Under the pieces are notes generated by a model, which did not search any database, was not told the origin of the DNA, and saw nothing but the letters and a program-made list of their open reading frames with translations. Of a stretch of 64,000 bases of DNA, positions 45,486 to 57,254 are shown piece by piece. The stretch is taken from assembly GCF_963921235.1 (NCBI RefSeq), contig NC_086118.1, positions 22,074,001 to 22,138,000 of the forward strand. Direction: 5' to 3'. A program made the position numbers and the translations under genes. The stretch comes from Mobula hypostoma (lineage: Eukaryota). The first letter of the stretch is position 1. Each line of letters opens with the position of its first letter.

Positions 45486-47324
45486 TTGACTTGGTGTTTA
45501 ATGTGTGCATCTGGCTGGTCTGGGCTTGTCACCCGGAATTGCCACCTTTGTTTTGCCCACAGTTTAATCACTTGGTCTGGATGTGGAGGGCCTATCCTGG
45601 CAGTGAGTATCTGTGGATCATGTAACAGCCTAAACTTTCCTCAATACTTGCTTGGTTCATGAAGGTCAGCATGTCACTGAACACTCTAACAGACTTCTAC
45701 AGATGTAGTGTTGAAAGTATCCTGACTAGTTTCATCATGGTCTGGTGTGGCAATTCAAATATGCAGGGAAATAAGAAGCTGCAGAGAGTAGTGGACTTCG
45801 CCCAATACTTCTGCAGTGCGGCCTTCACCTCTGTCTGGGCCATACCACTTTCTCTCAGCTACCGTCAGGCAGGAGAAGCCCGAAGTCCCAAGCCATCAGG
45901 TTCAAGAATAGCTACTTTAACCAATTCAGTTCTTGAACTAACTAGCACAACCTCATCACTATCTCAGTGTAGTAACATTAAGACCATTTCAAAGTATCGA
46001 AGTACCTTTATTATCAAGGCATGCATACCAGACACAACCTTGAGATTCATCTTCTTGCAGGCAGTGACAAATTATAGAAATTCAATAGACTCCACAAAAA
46101 CAACCACCCGTCAAGCATCCAATGTGTGAAAAAAAGAACAAATTGTGCAAAACAATTAAAAAGGGTAAATTAATAATATGCAGACCATGAACCGCCGAGT
46201 CTACAGCCATGGAGCCAGTTCATCACTGACCAAGTGCAGAGGTCCAGGAGCCTGATGGCTGCAGAGTCTGTTTTGCATTGATGGGACAGGCTCCAGCGGG
46301 GAGTGCAGGCTGACACTGAGTAATGAGCTGCACACCAGCTCATCCTCTGCCTTCGGCCTCAATGTCTTAATCTTTTTATTCTGGCTTGATGCTTAAAAAA
46401 AGCTAAACTTCAGTTCACAGTTTTGCTCTTGGGCCCAGGCCCCACCACTTCAATCCTGCCCAAAGACCACTTTGACCACTTGGAACTACAACGGACTTTG
46501 TTTTACTTTTCTTTTTAATGGTCTTCTTTCTGTTATATGTTTTTACAATTTATGTTTATGTTTTTCTTGTGAATGCTGTGTCCTTCACGCAGACACGTTA
46601 TTGTGAACGTGGCAATAAATGTGACCTTGAGTTTGGTTTTGCTGGGTCCTGAATAGGGCACCCTAGGACACAAACATCCACATGGAAACAAGCTCCCATC
46701 TGATTGGTGAACAACGTCCATGGAAGAGTCCTTCCAATTCATGCTGGAAGTCTCCAGCCCCAGAGTTGCGTTGAGAACTGCTTAAGCCCCATTTCCACGT
46801 TCACTTGGAGAGAAAGTTCCTAATGAATTCAAACATCTTTGAAAGTCACTGGTACTGACAAATTCAACATTATTAAAAATACGAACACTATTAACCAACA
46901 AAATCTTAATAAAATAATACTAAAGAAAGCAAGTTAAAACACCAGGAAGCACTGAACCTAGCCCTCATCAAGTAGAACAATTAATTTTCATTCCATGGTC
47001 TACTGGATCAGGATCAGGTTCAGCGGGCAGATTTCCATGTCTAAATTATGCAAAATCTACAGATGTTACTGCTTCCCCCTTAACACCCCCACCCCCAAAA
47101 GTTTCAAGAGGGTCCAGAGCTGAAACACGGTTGTCCTCTCACCAAGCACCAGCTGTGTGGCATTCCTGAATTACTTGAAGATTCTGTAGGTAAAAGCTGA
47201 TGATTCTACTCAGTGTGGGCCTTCCACATCCAGACCAAGTGATTACACTGTGGGCAAAATGTGGGTGTCAGTTCTAGGTGGTAAGCCCGGGCCAGCCAGA
47301 TTCACCTGCTAAGCACCAAGTCAA
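45486..47324. repeat. Dispersed inverted repeat pair, ~107 bp (45486-45592 and 47218-47324)
   Basis: TTGACTTGGTG...TTTTGCCCACAGT.TAATCACTTGGTCTGGATGTGGA.GGCC versus its reverse complement; roughly three-quarters identical by eye. Confidence 0.8.
45655..45920 (+). mobile_element. Rex1/Babar 3' fragment
   Basis: ORF 45659 LTDFYRCSVESILT...KKLQRVV. Confidence 0.75.
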
Positions 47325-48597
47325 AGAAATAGAGACTTAAGAGGAAGAACTAAATCTTCTATGCAAGTGTAGTCAAGCAGGAAAGAGAAGACAAAGAGTT
47401 TTTGGAATGAGAAAAATGGGTACAGATTACAGTGAATTCAATTCAATACAGATTACAGTGAGGAAATGTTCAGCACATGTTTTTAATTTGTAGGTAATCA
47501 TTGATTAGATCATACTGAAAATGAGTTGCTGGTGGAAAGTGCACTCTGTTACCTGTGCAATGATTTACTCACTTTCTAATGTTAGCAAGGTGGGCAATAT
47601 TACCTAGTTCTTACAGAGTGATCTTGAAATTAACTTCACACTTAAATGTCTGAGAAACAGGAGCAGGAGACTAGTTAGCTCCTCAAGCCTGCTCTTCTAT
47701 TCAGTGAGATTATGGCTACTAAAGTCTTGGCCTTAATACCGCTTTCCTTCTCTCCTTCCATGCTCTTGGACTCCCTTGTAGCTCAAAAACATTGTGGGTG
47801 AGAGTAGCTGAGGAAAGGTGGGGTTGAGATGAAACATTTTAAGTGAGAGAGGTGAAGAACTTTACCTCCAATCCTTAGCGCTGTCTCTATTTTCACAAGT
47901 TCTCTATTGTACCAATTTGGAGAGGTGGGACATTAGCAATTTTAAAAGCGGTTCCCATGGTGCTGATTTCCCAGGGCTTGTGAAACCTGGCAGATAAAGG
48001 GAAGGGAAGTTTCTGGATCCATATGAAGTGCATTTGTAATTCTTGTTGTTGGCAAGGATGAACAGTTGGTCTTTCCCTAGGCCTGCATCTCTCTCATCCC
48101 ACCTTTGCCAAACATGACCGGTCCAACTGTGAAGTTGCTGTGCCCTGCTCATACCTCTAATCTCTAGCTCCTTCCCTCCTGATACATCTGTTTTCTTTTT
48201 GCTTGTTCTCATGTCCTGATCACTGCGTTATTCTCTATCCTACTTGCCTTCATTAGGTTCTTGACTAGTAAGGCCGTTAAAGTTTGCAGGGTGAATGGTG
48301 TTGAGGTTTGAATGGCAGAGTGCAATTAATGTGAAATTCTCAGGTAGGAAAGGAAAGAATAAAAATCATCCATAGATACTGTCATTATCTTGATCTTTTG
48401 TTCTTAAACTGTTCTTTCATTTAAATATTGCACATTATTTACATTTAAGTTATATGAATGATGCTTGTTTGATGCTATACTACATGCCTGTGGTACTGCT
48501 GCAAGTAAGTTTTTCATTACACCTGTAAATACATGAACTCGACTTTATTTTATTTATCGATCAAGGTCATGGCAGAATTTCAGTTTGCTGAACTCAC

Positions 48598-48765
48598 TCT
48601 GCCCCCTTTTAGATATCATGTGGGATGGGGGGAGAACTCCAAACGGAGGCGAGACGTTTCCCTCAACAGCTGTACATTGCTTCCTTTTTCGCAGCTTTGA
48701 GCAGTTGGCTACCATAGTTACATTGGCGGAGGAGGAACAGGTCATAGCTGGGCTGGTCATAGCAG
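48598..48765 (-). other. Candidate host exon, unidentified
   Basis: CpG-containing GC-rich island in AT-rich unique DNA. Minus-strand acceptor ...ccaacgcatcAG, donor GTGAGT, and an open frame MTSPAMTCSSSANVTMVANCSKLRKRKQCTAVEGNVSPPFGVLPPSHMISKRGQ. A plus-strand reading is also possible. Confidence 0.3.
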
Positions 48766-50119
48766 CTGATGCGTTGGAACATAATGAAAATTATATAGTG
48801 GATTAAATGAAATAAAATATACAATAAAAATGAACAATGTGGTTTACGTACCATTAGGTTGTCTAGCCCCAATGAAAAGTAATCTTTTATCACTGCTGAT
48901 TCCCAGTACAAGATGATTTGATGAGAACCTCTGCTCAGTATTAAGAACCATTATAAAATTTCCAAGTAATATTTCTCAGCCACAAATTCATTAGGATAAA
49001 ATATTAATCCTTGATCCATTTCGATGTCCCAAATTAAGCTGTAATGCCTACTTTCTCTTTTGTACAAAGGTGAACTATTTATACTGTTCTGACCATGACC
49101 ACCAATGTAATGATATTCTTTACTTTTATTGCTTTATACTTCGAGATACCAGTAACAACTGTCAGGTCCCAGAGCCAGTACATCTGTTATTGCAGTGCAG
49201 CAATTTTGAAAGTAACTGCTGACATTATCATTTTAAAATAACTCTGTGAAGGAGACTTCATCTTACATAATGTGGTTGACTACAGAGCAATAATATGCTC
49301 TGCTCATATAGTGGATTTTGTACCAAGGAGCAACATTTTTTCTGGAGGCTGTCTTCATCCATTTTTGTAATATCCCAAGCTTTATGAAACACCCTGTAAT
49401 GAAGCAAGTCCTTCTTTACTTTTGTTCTTGATGTAGGAGATCCAGTTCTCATAGAGGCATTCCAAAGGCCTGCTTATTACACTGCTTCTTTTCATGGAGT
49501 TAAACTTGCAGGGATTGTTAGTAATACCAGAGTGCCCTGCGTTCTTGTGCAGATTTGTTACTTGCAAGTGAAGTTAGCTACAAGGCTAAGCCTCTTGGAT
49601 TAACTAGAACAACATACACTGTAACATTTTTCTCTGCTAAGGTTCATATGATATGGCAATTTTGGGTACCATGCAGAGAAAACACATCTGCAACAACTGG
49701 TCTGTTCGCCCCTAGAGAAACAACACTTTTATATTGTACACATGATGGATGACTGAGAAATTTCAATCCACCGTGACAGCTCTACAGAAGAAGTTTTTTA
49801 AGATAATCTCTATAAACACTACTTCTCAAGTAGAATCTATTACAATCTAACCATTCATCTCTCACAGCAGAGATCTCTCTGTGTGACACTTTATCAATGA
49901 TCTGATCAGGTTTCGGGAATGAGAGCAGTGATGTGTTAGCTTCTCTACATGCAGGAATGCACTTGGATGACATGGCTCTTCTTTGTTCAGAAAGGCTAGA
50001 AACATAACTGCCTGGATCTAGTCAAAGTTCTTCCTCTTGGAAGGGTGCAGAAAATGGAGGTTGGTGCCAGTTTCGGCTGGAAATATGGTTCAACGATATC
50101 ACATGGGTTACAAAACTCT

Positions 50120-50760
50120 ATTCAACTCAAGTCAATTCGAGTTTAGTGTCATTTAACCGTATGCATGAATACCGCCAAGCGAGAAAAATGTTTCTCTGGA
50201 CCAGGGTGTGAAGCACAGTAGTATACATAACACCCATATAACACGCAATAACTTGGGAAAGTAAGAATTAAATCTACAAATGAACTTCACGGGGAAAAAC
50301 AAAGTAAAGTGCTTAAATTAAATATTGTAGGTACAGTACAAATTACCCGGTGGCACTTCAAGTGCTATGCAGCAGGGAGTTTAGAAGCCTTTAGAGGGAG
50401 GAAGCTGTTCCCCATTCTGACCATTCTTGTCTTTATACATCAGAGTTTCCTGCCTGATGGTAGATGTCAAAGAAGATGCTGGATGGATGGGTGGGATCGT
50501 TGATAATACTAAGGACCCTGCATATGCAGCACTCCTGATAAATGTCCCCAGTGGATGGTAGAGAGACCCCTTTAATCTTCTCGGCTGTTCTCACAGTCCA
50601 TTGTAAGGTCCTCCAGTCTGATGCTCTGCTGCTTCCAAACCAGATGGAGATGTAGCTTGTCAGGACATTCTCAATGGTGCTTCTGTAAAATTCAGCTAAG
50701 GTGGGGGGTGCGAGGGAACCTCACTTGCTTCAATCTCCTCAGAAAGTCTGGGGTACGCTG
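50120..50760 (-). mobile_element. Rex1/Babar 3' fragment
   Basis: gaagctgttccc, ctgcctgatggtag and cttcaatctcctcagaaagt match the minus-strand Rex end at 11620-11970. Confidence 0.7.
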
Positions 50761-51074
50761 TAGTTATTTTATATTCTATCTTTTCTCTTCAGCACCCATG
50801 TGCCTGGCCTGTATGTTGATGTTGGGGAACATCAAGGGGTTGGACTTCACAAATAAAGAACAGCAGATATATATTTTCCCACAATCTGACTGCACTAACT
50901 TTAATGTCTGAACTCCTGTGGAGGTAAAGGAGGTTGTAAATATTCTAGGTCTAGGCATGTAATTACACGAGAAACATCCAAATATATTTTGGATGCACAT
51001 GGTTATCAATATGATTGTTGCTTTGCAGCAGAGAAGTGGAGATGACCAAACCTGCAAACAGGAGGGGATAGTGT

Positions 51075-51350
51075 TATTGTGTGAATGTAGTCACTGGAGA
51101 AAGATACTGGGTAGATATGAAGCAGCTTCTTTATTCAACAAAACATGATACAGCAGACGTCATAAGGAGACACCTTTGGTCGAAAGGTCTGGCTGGCCTA
51201 ACGTGGGGCTCGATATTTTATGTGCTAAACATCAAAGACAATTCCGTACTTACAATATGAAACTACACACCAACTTCCTGCCTCCTGATACGCACCCACA
51301 CCATAGACATCCAAATGAGTTTTAATCAGCATTATCTGTTCCAAGAAAGC
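51075..51350 (-). repeat. LTR fragment related to 55871-56963
   Basis: Shares ttgtgtgaatg, atgaagcagcttctttattc and atttttatgtgctaaacatcaaag with the LTR at 55871. Confidence 0.75.
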
Positions 51351-51374
51351 CGATTGATGTTTTCTGATAAATTA

Positions 51375-52480
51375 GTAACTAAATACTCTCTCTCATACTC
51401 ACATTTCTTGCAATATCTTCAGGTCAGACATTTTTTTACAAGAATATTTAGGTAATTTTCCATATATACAGGATTCTGACCTGTTAGATATTATTTTAAA
51501 AATGAACCCTTTAGTGAAAAGTTCTATTGGGAAAATTTATAATTTACTGTTACAACAGCAAATTTACCCTTCACTTTAGATTAAGCAAGATTGGGAAAGA
51601 GAGCTTATCATGACCTTGATAACAGAGGATTGGTATTGAATTTTGATGTTGGTTAACTCTTCTTCGATCTGTGCCATTCACTTTTTAACTCAATTTAAAA
51701 TTATACATATTTACTATTTGACAAAGGAGAGACTGTCTAAAATGTTTCCTAATATTGATAGTCAGTGTGATAGATGTAAAACCGAGACAGCTATATTGAC
51801 ACATATGTTTTGGTTGTGTTCTGTATTGAAACATTTTTGGAAATCTATTTTCTCTACAATTTCTAAACTTTTAAAAATTAATTTACAACCTAATAAATTG
51901 ACAGTTCTGTTTGGTATAATCTTTCAATATATTCATGGTATTTCTATATCAGACCAACATGTAATTGCATTTGTTACATTATTGGCCAGAAGGGCTATTT
52001 TATTGAAATGGAAAGATGCCTCTGCTCCCACTTTGATACAATGTTTCTCTCAGGTGATGCTATGTCTTAGTTTGGAGAAAATCAGAAGTCAAACTTATGA
52101 TCCTCAATTTGATTTTGAGAAAAGGTGGGGTTCATTTGCCCGCTACTATCATCTGATTTGAGTTCATTAAGATGGTTTCCTTCTGATTTTTGTTTAAATG
52201 GATTTGAGTTGGCGGATTGATGTTTTTCTTTTATGGAAGCTTGTATGGCGTATAGCTCCGGGGTTGTGCTCCCAATGGGTTTTACTTTTGATTTTTTTTT
52301 TTGTTAGTAGAGTTTTCTTTTGTGTTAGTTAGTAGGGGTTCTTTTTTCCCTTTTTTTTCTTTCAAAATATATTCTTAACACTTTATTGTTTCTTCTTATT
52401 ATTGATATATTGTTTAGCTTTGTTAGTCAGTTATTTAGTAATTTAATTCTTCATTGTACATATTGACATGTTGACTTGAT
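51375..52480 (+). mobile_element. Fish-type L1 LINE 3' fragment (ORF 51643-52161)
   Basis: QFKIIH...CDRCKTETAILTHMFWLC...ARRAILLKWK...LEKIR; T-rich 3' UTR. Confidence 0.9.
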
Positions 52481-52879
52481 TTACCCTGAACAGCTGACAG
52501 TGTGGCTATGCTGGCTGTGCTGTGTACACTGTTGGTTGTATATATTCACTGCCCCTGGCTTGTCCATATTATTTCTTTCTTTCCTGAATCTATAATGGTC
52601 CCTGCTTCCCTTAGGATGTCTATTCTAAGAATAGTGCCCTCATTATCTGGACAGGACCAGAAATACACTGGAAGCTGCACCTTGCAGATTTTTGAATATC
52701 TGTGACTCACTTCTTTCCACTTTCACTGTTTTTCCTCCTACACCCATAGTATAAATGGCCTGTCCAGTTGTTGGCAAGGGTAAACAACAGGAATTCTGCA
52801 GATGCTGGAAATTCAAGCAACACACATCAAAGTTGCTGGTGAATGCAACAGGCCAGGCAGCATCTCTAGGAAGAGGTAC

Positions 52880-52915
52880 AGTTGACGTTTCGGGCCGAGA
52901 CCCTTCGTCAGGACT
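52880..52915 (-). ncRNA. Minimal hammerhead ribozyme (Neptune, left arm)
   Basis: The minus strand reads agtc-CTGACGA-agggtctcggccc-GAAA-CGTC-aact. Confidence 0.75.
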
Positions 52916-54126
52916 AACTGAAGGAAGAATTAGTAAGGGATTTGAAAGTGGGAGGGGGAGGGGGAGATCCAAAATGATAGGAGAAGACAGGAGGGGGAGG
53001 AATGGAGCCAAGAGCTGGACAGGTGATTGGCAAAGGGGATATGAGAGGATCATGGGACAGGAGGTCCGGGGAGAAAGACGGGGTGGGGGAACCAGAGGAT
53101 GGGCAAGGGGTATAGTCAGAGGGACTGAGGGAAAAGAGGACAGTGAGAGAAAGAATGTGTGTATAAAAATAAATAACGGATGGGGTACGAGGGGGAGGTG
53201 GGGCATTAGTGGAAATTAGAGAAGTCGATGTTCATGCCATCAGGTTGGAGGCTACCCAGACGGAATATAAGGTGTTGTTCCTCCAACCTGAGTGTGGATT
53301 CATCTTTACAGTAGAGGAGGCTGTGGATAGACATGTCAGAATGGGAATGGGATGTGGAATTAAAATGTGTGGCCACTGGGAGATCCTGCTTTCTCTGGCG
53401 GCAGAGCGTAGGTGTTCAGCAAAGCGGTCTCCCAGTTTGTGTCGGGTCTCGCCAATATATGAAAGGCCACAACGGGAGCACCGGACGCAGTATATCACCC
53501 CAGCCGAGGCGACACTTTACCTGTGAGTCAGCTGGGGTGATATACTGCGTCCGGTGCTCCCGATGTGGCCTTTTATATATTGGCGAGACCCGACGCAGAC
53601 TGGGAGACCGCTTTGCTGAACACCTACGCTCTGTCCGCCAGAGAAAGCAGGATCTCCCAATGGCCACACATTTTAATTCCACATCCCATTCCCATTCTGA
53701 CATGTCTATCCACGGCCTCCTCTACTGTAAAGATGAAGCCACACTCAGGTTGGAGGAACAACACCTTATATTCCATCTGGGTAGCCTCCAACCTGATGGC
53801 ATGAACATCGACTTCTCTAACTTCCGCTAATGCCCCACCTCCCCCTCGTACCCCATCTGTTATTTATTTTTATACACACATTCTTTCTCTCACTCTCCTT
53901 TTTCTCCCTCTGTCCCTCTGACTATACCCCTTGCCCATCCCCTGGGTTTCCCCCCCACCCCTGTCTTTCTTCCCGGACCTCCTGTCCCATGATCCTCTCA
54001 TATCCCCTTTGCCAATCACCTGTCCAGCTCTTGGCTCCATCCCTCCCCCTCCTGTCTTCTCCTATCATTTTGGATCTCCCCCTCCCCCTCCCACTTTCAA
54101 ATCTCTTACTAACTCTTCCTTCAGTT

Positions 54127-54162
54127 AGTCCTGACGAAGGGTCTCGGCCTGAAACGTCGACT
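54127..54162 (+). ncRNA. Minimal hammerhead ribozyme (Neptune, right arm)
   Basis: AGTC-CTGACGA-agggtctcggcct-GAAA-CGTC-GACT: stem I AGTC/GACT, intact core, GUC triplet. Confidence 0.8.
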
Positions 54163-55495
54163 GTACCTCTTCCTAGAGATGCTGCCTGGCCTGCTGCGTT
54201 CACCAGCAACTTTGGTGTGTGTTGGCAAGGGTAGGTCATTTGTCGATATTGATGTCCCTGGGTCAACTAACTTAGCGCATTGCTGGTCCCCTAACAATAC
54301 TGTTGTGTACATCTGGGGGTCACCAGAGCTGGCATAGGGGCTGCCTGCACACCTTTCTCTGACTTACGAACCGTTTTTACCGGTTCTAAGATCTGATCGA
54401 TGGTCAGATGGGTCAGACTGGGCACTGATGGGGTGAGACATTGTGTGTCTGCTGTGTCTTTCACCTGTTTTACTGTCCTCTTTTTTTGGACATTGCCTTC
54501 AACCATGTCCTGATAAAGCTACAGCTGTTGCATATCAACTCCTTTAACCACCCACATCTATTCCAGCAATTCCTTGCCATGTGCTCCGGCTACCGGCACA
54601 CGAAACAAACCCACTGTGATATCACAGCAGCTACATCCACTGTAAACACTTTAGGATTTCTCTTGCACTTTCTTTGGTCATCTCACTGGCCCACAAAACG
54701 ATTGCAGGGTAGGTTGACCCTTCCACTATCCGTAAATCTAAAACTTCCTGGTAGGCTGAGCTCAGGTCTTCCTTCATCATTTTCAGGAGGACTGGGTCAC
54801 CCCTCCCTGGATTATCCAACCCTGAATACTCCACATATGCTCGATATTTGTATTCTGCATAGTCCATAGCAGTATCATCAGCTCTTTGAATCACTGCCAT
54901 TATTGTTCCCCAGTTACTCTCACTTCCCCCAGTTGCTGCCTCACTTCCCCTTTAAAAGAGCAATATTTTTCTTCATTGCTGGTGTGACCAGTAGTTACCC
55001 ACGTACCATCCCACACCCCTGGGCCATACTGTCCCACATATTCCTTGGGCACTCACTTCACTTTTACCAACATATGTATGTCTTTAGAATGCACCTGGAG
55101 AATTTCAATCATCCCCTCGAGCTTGCGCCAGAATTCTGAACTCCCACATTCGACTTTAAGTGAGGGCAGCTCTAACAAAATGCTCTGTTTCTCCCGGGGG
55201 TGAAGGGCTTATGAATGGTCATAATCAGAGTCAAGGGCTGGCTCAGATCTTCAGGGTTCTGGCATTGCCTGACCTCAATAGGAGCCATCCTGACAGATAT
55301 ATCTGAGTGAAATCTCTCCCTGAAATATCTCCGCACTATTTCCCACACTATGCAAACTATAAATGACGGGTATTAGTTAAACAGCACATACTAAAACCAT
55401 AGAGCATGTGCTCTGCCATCTGCCACTTTTGAGCACCTGAACTCATGATGCATGCTGTATTGCTGTATTCCCTTGAACCTAACTGTTACACCGAG

Positions 55496-55536
55496 GCGTG
55501 CACGCGCGCGCACACACACGCACACACACACTCGCG
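55496..55536. repeat. Alternating purine-pyrimidine (CG)/(CA) microsatellite
   Basis: gcgtgcacgcgcgcgcacacacacgcacacacacactcgcg. Confidence 0.85.
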
Positions 55537-56203
55537 AAAGACATAAGCTAAAATACAGTCTCCAGAACAAGTATACATGCCCCCACTAGTGTCACGAACC
55601 TTCAACTCTTCGCAACTGGTGGGTCTATCTCACCAAATTAACACACAAAGTGTCATCTCTTACATAACCACACATGCATGTGCACACACTACTTTTTTAT
55701 CTACCAGTTCAGCTCTCTGTGTTCATGATACTTTGCATTCCTTTGTACCATTGATCTGAACAGATCCAAGTGTGAGTGCTAACTTCAAGAATGCTCAACC
55801 ACTTGGACTGCTAAGATTACTGGCCAGATGATGGGTTACTCGAAGGTATCCCACTCTTGGTGCCAAAAGTTGTTGTGTGAATGATGTCACCAGAGAAAGG
55901 TACTGCTGGGTATGAAGCAGCTTCTTTATTCGACAAAACAAGATAAATCATGTAGGGTCACTTTCAGTTGAAAGATCTGGCTAGCCCAATGTGAGCTCAA
56001 TATTTTATGTGCTAAACATCAAAGGACAGTTCGATATTTACAATGTATCTACAATGCTTTCTTTGAAACTACACTCAAACTTCACACCTCCCAATTTGCA
56101 CCCACACACAGACATCCAAATGAATATTAATCACCATAATCTTGTCAGGATTCATGGCTTTTAGGAACCCATTGTTCAGGGCTGCACTCCAAATTAAATC
56201 CAC

Positions 56204-56877
56204 AATAGACAATAGACAATAGGTGCAGGAGTAGGCCATTCAGTCCTTTGAGCCAGCACCACCATTCACTGTGATCATGGCTGATCATCCACAATCAGTA
56301 CCCTTTTCTTGCCTTCTCCCCATATCCCTTGACTCCGCTATCTTTAAGAGCTCTATCTAATTTTTTCTTGAAAGAATCCAGAGAATTGGCCTCTACTGCC
56401 TTCTGAGGCAGAGCATTCCACAGAACCACAACCCTCTGTGTGAAAAAGTTGTTCTTCAACTCTGTTCTAAATGGTCTACCCCTTATTCTTAAACTGTGGC
56501 CTCTGGTTCTGGACTCCCCCAACATCGGGAACATGTTTCCTGCCTCTAGCGTGTAATAATCCCATAATAATCTTATATGTTTCAATCAGATCCCCTCTCA
56601 TCCTTCTAAATTCCAGTGTATACAAACCCAGTCGCTCCAATCTTTCAACATATGACAGTCCCGCCATCCCGGGAATTAACCTCCTGAACCTACGCTGCAC
56701 CCCCTCCATAGCTAGAATGTCCTTCCTCAAATTTGGAGACCAAAACTGTACAAAATACTCAGGTGTGGTCTCACCAGGGCCCTGTACAGCTGCAGAAGGA
56801 CCTCTTTGCTCCTATACTCAGTTCCCCTTGTTATGAAGGCCGACATGCCATTAGCTTTCTTCACTGCCTGCAGTACC
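56204..56877 (-). mobile_element. CR1 LINE 3' fragment inserted in the LTR
   Basis: ORFs 56476-56730 (LERLGLYTLEFRRMRGDLIETYK) and 56295-56585; (CAATAGA)n tail; TCCACAAT repeated at both ends. Confidence 0.92.
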
Positions 56878-57254
56878 TCCACAATTTATACTCAGACCTG
56901 AAGATGGGAGGCTGAAGTCATTTGCTAAATGTAAACGTGCTAAACCCAAAAATGGCTTGAACAGATAATACGAAGGCTCAGTGGAAACAATGAATGTTGG
57001 CAGTTCTTTCACGTCACTTCAGCTGTTTGTTTCTGGATTAATTAACATTCATTGCAAAGTTTGCAATATTTACTTTGTATCCTACCAATGGCAGTGAGAA
57101 TGCTTTGAAAAAGCTCGCTATGAATATACTTTTAAACCTTCCTGGCAGGAAATTCTTATCTTTTTAAAGTTTGCTCTTATTTTATAACCAATGGCTCTTG
57201 AACTGCCCTGGCTCAGTAATTCTTTTATACTGTTTGTGGAGATTTTAGTAGGAG

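Larger units (their letters stand above)
52783..54219. mobile_element. Neptune-type PLE as a near-perfect inverted duplication (arms 52783-53507 minus, 53506-54219 plus)
   Basis: Both arms carry the GIY-YIG IYCVRCSRCGL.YIGET and the 3' end. 14-bp TSD TGTTGGCAAGGGTA at 52769-52782 / 54220-54233. Confidence 0.95.
52490..56963 (-). mobile_element. LTR retroelement 5' half (LTR, tRNA-Leu-type PBS, gag, protease), Gypsy-like or retrovirus-like
   Basis: LTR from 55871; PBS TGGCACCAAGAGTGGGAT at 55848-55865; gag ORF 54631-54900; CCHC knuckle CFVCR*PEHMARNC at 54565-54607; protease LVDPGTSIST at ~54245-54272, resuming at 52782 (LPLPTTGQ...ILRIDIL). Confidence 0.8.

Noticed and set aside
53333..53830. 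165-aa ORF as a novel GIY-YIG nuclease gene
   Set aside because: It is a chance read-through across the palindrome centre; the N-terminal part is antisense PLE sequence.
52643..54266. Pro/Leu-rich and Gly/Arg-rich ORFs (also 31995-32534)
   Set aside because: They are translations of the purine/pyrimidine-skewed PLE 3' region and recur in every copy.
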